Shown here in pieces: positions 59,901 to 64,000 of a DNA stretch of 64,000 nt; within the stretch, counting starts at the first letter, position 1, and each line of letters begins with the position of its first letter. Location: the NCBI GenBank assembly GCA_963772365.1, contig CAVYXA010000003.1, positions 224,001 through 288,000 on the forward strand, in the 5' to 3' direction. Below the pieces are notes generated by a model that did no database searches, was not told where the DNA came from, and saw nothing but the letters and a program-made list of their open reading frames with translations. A program made the position numbers and the translations under genes. This stretch comes from an uncultured Verrucomicrobiae bacterium (GTDB lineage Bacteria; Verrucomicrobiota; Verrucomicrobiia; Chthoniobacterales; UBA10450).

Positions 59901-61607
59901 ATGGCGGCTGAATCCCCCAGACGCGGTCCGCTCGGAATTCCGTGCGCGATCGCGTTCTTTTGCATGGTCGGGATTGCCCTGGCTTACTGGTTACGCACCA
60001 TACCAGCCGGCAATCCCGACCCCCGCCTGAGCTACAACGTTTTTTTTTATCTATTCGCTCACCATGAGCCGGCCGGGTTGTTGATTGTCACGCTGTTCAA
60101 TCTCGCGGCCGCGCTATTTTTCTTTCGGAGGCGACAAGCCCGGGATGAGGCGGACATGACGGCCCACAGGGCCGTTGCTACGAAGTTGGCGACACACGGT
60201 CGCCTGATCTGCGTTGTGATCGCAGCCGTGGTTTGTGCAATCGCAAGTATCGGAACATCGACAGTTTTTCACGATTACCTGCTCACGGCTGATGAAAACC
60301 TTGCCGACTTCCAAGCGAGGATCTTCCTGTGCGGAAAAGTCCAGGCTGACGTGCCGGCGAACTGGGCGCCAGCCGCTAACGTGATCCGGCCAACCCACAG
60401 TGAATATTTCCCGGCAACGCATCGATGGAATGCAAGTTATCTGCCGGTGTACGCCGCAATGCGCGCGTTGTTTCAGTCTATTGATCTTCAATCGCTATTG
60501 AATCCACTCCTCGCTGCGCTAACGATTTTAGCGCTTTACGGCACGATTCGGAATATCTGGCCTGAATCGGAAACAAACGCGCTAATTGCGATCGGGCTGC
60601 TGGCCAGCTCGTCGCAATTTCTTCTGATGTCGATGACCGGTTACGCTATGGCGGCACATCTGGCGCTGAATTCGATTTGGCTCTGGCTTTATTCGCAGCC
60701 TGGTCGGCGCGTATTTTATTTCGCACCTGCAGTCGGTGTGCTCGCTATTGGACTTCACCAACCGATTGTTCACGCGCTTTTCGTCCTGCCATTTCTGGTC
60801 CGGCTCGTTTGGCAGCGAAAATGGCGGCCCGTTCTGATTTTTGGCGCAATCTATTTTGTGGGATGCGCGTTCTGGTATGCGTGGAAAACGCACTTCGCGT
60901 CGCCACTTGCGGGCGACATCGGATCCATTTTTCGGTTGGTCAATGCGCAAATGATCGTCGTTCAGCCGATGAATCTTCTCTTGATTATTACCTGGGCCTC
61001 GCTCGCCACCCCGCTCCTGCTGGTTCTTGGGTTTGGACAACTCCGCCAAAGGCGCCCGATCGTGCAGGATGCTATTGTCAGCTGCGTCTTAACATTTGGT
61101 TTCTATTACTTCTTCTATCTGGATCAGGCCCATGGCTGGGGTTATCGATACATCTACGGAAGTCTCGGCTGCTTCATCATTGTTGCTGTGGCTGGAATCG
61201 ATCGACTGTCGAGCTTGATCGGCGAACGTCGCGCCGTGACCTTCGCGGCGATCGGCATAGCCTTGTCGATCCTGGTTCAACTCCCGTTGCGCTGTATGCA
61301 GGCAGAGCGATTCGTAAGACCGTACGCGCGCGCAAGTGAAACACTTCATGCTATCCACGCTGATATCGTCGCGTTTGATCCGCGCGATGCCTGGTACTCC
61401 GCCGATCTGATCCGCAACGATCCATTCCTCGAACAACGTCCCATTATCGTTTCGCTTTTCCGCCTTACTTCGGCTGGCGCCGCTGCTCTGGATAAAAACG
61501 GTACCGCCCGCTTTATCACCCGCGACGAACTAGCCAGGCTCGGTCTGTTTACGACCCGCCGCGATCGTTTTGCTTACGACCCATTCAAGCTTGGTTCGGG
61601 CCCATGA
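59901..61607 (+). CDS. Polytopic membrane protein, GT-C glycosyltransferase-like
   Basis: DE motif (TADE..DFQARIF) after the N-terminal helices, many TMs, HGWGYRY; start uncertain (ORF from 59712). Confidence 0.6.
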   Translation: MAAESPRRGPLGIPCAIAFFCMVGIALAYWLRTIPAGNPDPRLSYNVFFYLFAHHEPAGLLIVTLFNLAAALFFFRRRQARDEADMTAHRAVATKLATHGRLICVVIAAVVCAIASIGTSTVFHDYLLTADENLADFQARIFLCGKVQADVPANWAPAANVIRPTHSEYFPATHRWNASYLPVYAAMRALFQSIDLQSLLNPLLAALTILALYGTIRNIWPESETNALIAIGLLASSSQFLLMSMTGYAMAAHLALNSIWLWLYSQPGRRVFYFAPAVGVLAIGLHQPIVHALFVLPFLVRLVWQRKWRPVLIFGAIYFVGCAFWYAWKTHFASPLAGDIGSIFRLVNAQMIVVQPMNLLLIITWASLATPLLLVLGFGQLRQRRPIVQDAIVSCVLTFGFYYFFYLDQAHGWGYRYIYGSLGCFIIVAVAGIDRLSSLIGERRAVTFAAIGIALSILVQLPLRCMQAERFVRPYARASETLHAIHADIVAFDPRDAWYSADLIRNDPFLEQRPIIVSLFRLTSAGAAALDKNGTARFITRDELARLGLFTTRRDRFAYDPFKLGSGP

Positions 61608-63088
61608 AACGACCCTCTCTCGAACGCCAGCTTTTCTCTAATCAACTGTGGGAAACTGTCGCCTTCATCGCCAAGGCCGCCTTCATGCTCGGCCTCACCC
61701 CGTGGATGATCCGCGTCTGGGGCGCGAAAGGCTACGGTGAATTCGCCCTCGCCAGCTCCGCGTTCGTTTTGTTCTCGCTTGTCGATCTTGGCATTCGAGC
61801 AAAAACGCGGGTGGCACTATGCAACGCTGCACAGAAAGACCGTGCGCAATGGCCAACGATTCTCGCGCACAGCACGGCGACCTTTGCCGTGATCGGCTTG
61901 TTGACGATCGTGTGTGCACTGATTCTCAACGACGCGGGTGTTTGGCCACATTTCTTCCACATCACATCGCCAAATCGAAACCTGATGGTGGTCGCCGCAA
62001 CGTTTTCGATTCTCGTGATGCTATCGAATCTGCTTCTCGAACCGCTCGTGGCACTCGGGCACATCGGAAAGCTTAAGCTCGCCACCGCGATCGGATGGCT
62101 CGTAGCGATTCCTGGTGTGGCGATTGTTTTGATTGCAAATGGACCTGTCATCGCCGCGGTCACGGTGTGGCTCGGAATGTTACTATGCGCAAATCTGCTT
62201 CTCCTCCTCCACAGCGGCAGGTCTCTTATTAATCCAATTAAGATTTACGGCAGCGTATCTCTCCGCGACATGATCGCCGTCCTCCGAGGAGGCTTTTGGT
62301 TTACGGTGATTAATACGACATGGATCTCCAAGACCTATGGCACCACGCTGCTCATTTCTGCACTCTTTGGGCCGACGGCGGCTGGAACTTTCTTCATTGC
62401 CTTGCGCTTGAGTGAGGTGATCACTGCCTTGGGAGCGATTTCGTGCGACGTTTCTTTAACGGAATTGGCGAAAGCGACCACGGTAGAAGAGCGGCGACAT
62501 TGTTTCGAAATCAGTTATTCGTGGGCAGCACTTCTTTCCACTCATCTTGCCATTGTAATCGGATTTTCAACCTTCGATTTTTACCAGGTTTGGCTTCGCG
62601 CTTCGTTGCCGGTGGCATCTTACGTCGGCGCTGTCGTCGCGGCGATTGGCCTAAGCGGTGCACTAAATCGCAAAGCTGCCTATGCCGCAATGGCTCTGGG
62701 CGATGCCAAGGTCGCAGCGAAGTGCGGGGTTGCCGAGGCTACCGCGTTCCTCGCTTTGATCGCTCTAGTGCCCCGTTCTCTCGGGTTGACAGGTATTCTC
62801 GGTTTGGCAACCCTGAGCAGTCTTGCATTGGCTCCGATCATCCGAACCGTCAGTCACCGGTTGCTAACCAAGCCTCTTCATTTGTGGTTAGATCCAGTTG
62901 TGTCGATTGCGCCATTTGCAATTCTGAGTTGGTCAATTCTTCTCGCTGCCAACATGGAAGGACAACCAATCATCAAAATCGTCGCCCTCGCAGTTGCAGG
63001 CATCATTGCAGTGGCCAACGTGATTCATCGGCAACTGCAAAGGAGCGCTGGCCGCTCGGAAACCTGCCCAGTGCTCCTTTCGTCATGA
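61604..63088 (+). CDS. Wzx-like oligosaccharide flippase
   Basis: Many TM helices, TP..IR.WG..GYG...DLGI, G...AG.F.IA.R pattern; coupled to the upstream gene. Confidence 0.7.
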   Translation: MKRPSLERQLFSNQLWETVAFIAKAAFMLGLTPWMIRVWGAKGYGEFALASSAFVLFSLVDLGIRAKTRVALCNAAQKDRAQWPTILAHSTATFAVIGLLTIVCALILNDAGVWPHFFHITSPNRNLMVVAATFSILVMLSNLLLEPLVALGHIGKLKLATAIGWLVAIPGVAIVLIANGPVIAAVTVWLGMLLCANLLLLLHSGRSLINPIKIYGSVSLRDMIAVLRGGFWFTVINTTWISKTYGTTLLISALFGPTAAGTFFIALRLSEVITALGAISCDVSLTELAKATTVEERRHCFEISYSWAALLSTHLAIVIGFSTFDFYQVWLRASLPVASYVGAVVAAIGLSGALNRKAAYAAMALGDAKVAAKCGVAEATAFLALIALVPRSLGLTGILGLATLSSLALAPIIRTVSHRLLTKPLHLWLDPVVSIAPFAILSWSILLAANMEGQPIIKIVALAVAGIIAVANVIHRQLQRSAGRSETCPVLLSS

Positions 63089-63114
63089 CTAACAATCAGT
63101 AATCCACATTTAAA

Positions 63115-64000
63115 ATGCATCAGAGATTCTCTTCGCGTGTCAAAACAGTATTGGGGCGCCCGGTTTGGTTGCTGGTCAGCGCACTTTCGTTTGTGCGTCG
63201 CTGGATTCTGGGCCCCCACGCCATCGGTGTTCTTTATGAGTCCGAGAATGGAACTCTTATCTCCGGTGTTGGAGATATGTTCGTCGGTGGCACCTTGGGT
63301 TTTCGTGGCCGCTACCAGATGGACACACTCAATTCGCTCCTCGCGCTATTGACTCCGCAGAGCCGGGTGCTGGTCATTGGATCGCACGTTGGCGCATTCG
63401 CTATCCCATTGTCCAGAAAAGTTCGCGAAGTGATTGCTTACGAGGCCAATCCCAACACATTCCGCCTGTTGCAATACAATTTGAAGTTAAATCGGATCGA
63501 CAATCTTGAGGCATACAATCTCGCCGTCGGGGATCGTCCCGGCAAAATAGACTTTTTCGCCAGCAGTGTGAATTCCGGAGGAAGCGGCTGCCGCTTCGAC
63601 CCCGCTCCGGGATTCATGACTCGTTCGAACCGAATCGAAGTGGAGATGGTTCGGCTCGCGGATCACATCGCTGATCCACAGTTCGATCTCGTCCTGATGG
63701 ATATTGAAGGCTCGGAGTGTTTTGCCTTCAGAGGCATGCAGCCGATCCTCGCAGCCTGCTCCTATCTTCAATTTGAATATTTGCCGCCGCTACTTAGGAA
63801 AAGCGGGGTGAGCGACAAAGATTTGGTGAGTGCCCTCGGCGAAAATTTCGCAGAGATTCGCATCCAAGGTACCGAAATACGCGCCCTGCAGGGCGACTTC
63901 CTCGAATTGTTCAATATGCTTCGTCGAGAAAACAAGCATGTCGATCTACTAGCACTCACCCCACAGCGCGCGCCTTTCTTTTCCACCAATTCCGTAACTA
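63115..64000 (+). CDS. FkbM-family methyltransferase (partial, runs off the window)
   Basis: Open frame from ATG 63115 to the end: VIGSHVGAF, AYEANP, NLAVGD, LMDIEGSE; missing from the ORF track because there is no stop. Confidence 0.88.
   Translation, partial: MHQRFSSRVKTVLGRPVWLLVSALSFVRRWILGPHAIGVLYESENGTLISGVGDMFVGGTLGFRGRYQMDTLNSLLALLTPQSRVLVIGSHVGAFAIPLSRKVREVIAYEANPNTFRLLQYNLKLNRIDNLEAYNLAVGDRPGKIDFFASSVNSGGSGCRFDPAPGFMTRSNRIEVEMVRLADHIADPQFDLVLMDIEGSECFAFRGMQPILAACSYLQFEYLPPLLRKSGVSDKDLVSALGENFAEIRIQGTEIRALQGDFLELFNMLRRENKHVDLLALTPQRAPFFSTNSVT

Overview
64-kb chromosomal segment of a GC-rich bacterium, inferred to be Verrucomicrobiota (Chthoniobacterales-like) from a perfect TGTTC-N4-GAACA LexA box and the style of its secreted proteins. 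Housekeeping and metabolic content: rpsO-pnp, surE, 2-methylcitrate cycle genes (prpD, prpB, prpC), fused 3-oxoacid CoA-transferase, an IcmF-type B12 mutase split into two genes, gnd, moaE, pgsA, tRNA-Asp, Wza/Wzc/beta-barrel export genes, an NSS transporter with a small unannotated partner, and a GT-C/flippase/FkbM locus that runs off the end. Three secreted peptidases (two tandem S8, one M14) share a 'SRKxHG...dockerin-like' C-terminal module. Most notable: (1) two genes (gnd and an MFS transporter) each have a diverged orphan copy of their own 3' end on the far side of one cargo gene, with no integrase nearby; (2) a LexA-boxed mutagenesis cassette made of a shortened ImuB-like protein plus DnaE2, without imuA; (3) many REP-like palindromes, several inserted in frame into ImuB, DnaE2 and the IcmF N-terminal gene; (4) a small accessory island with SIR2-like, HEPN-motif and TraB-like ORFs. 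Four single-base frameshifts in otherwise intact genes may be assembly errors. No CRISPR array, rRNA, integrase or transposase was seen. All family calls come from motif recognition by eye, not database searches.
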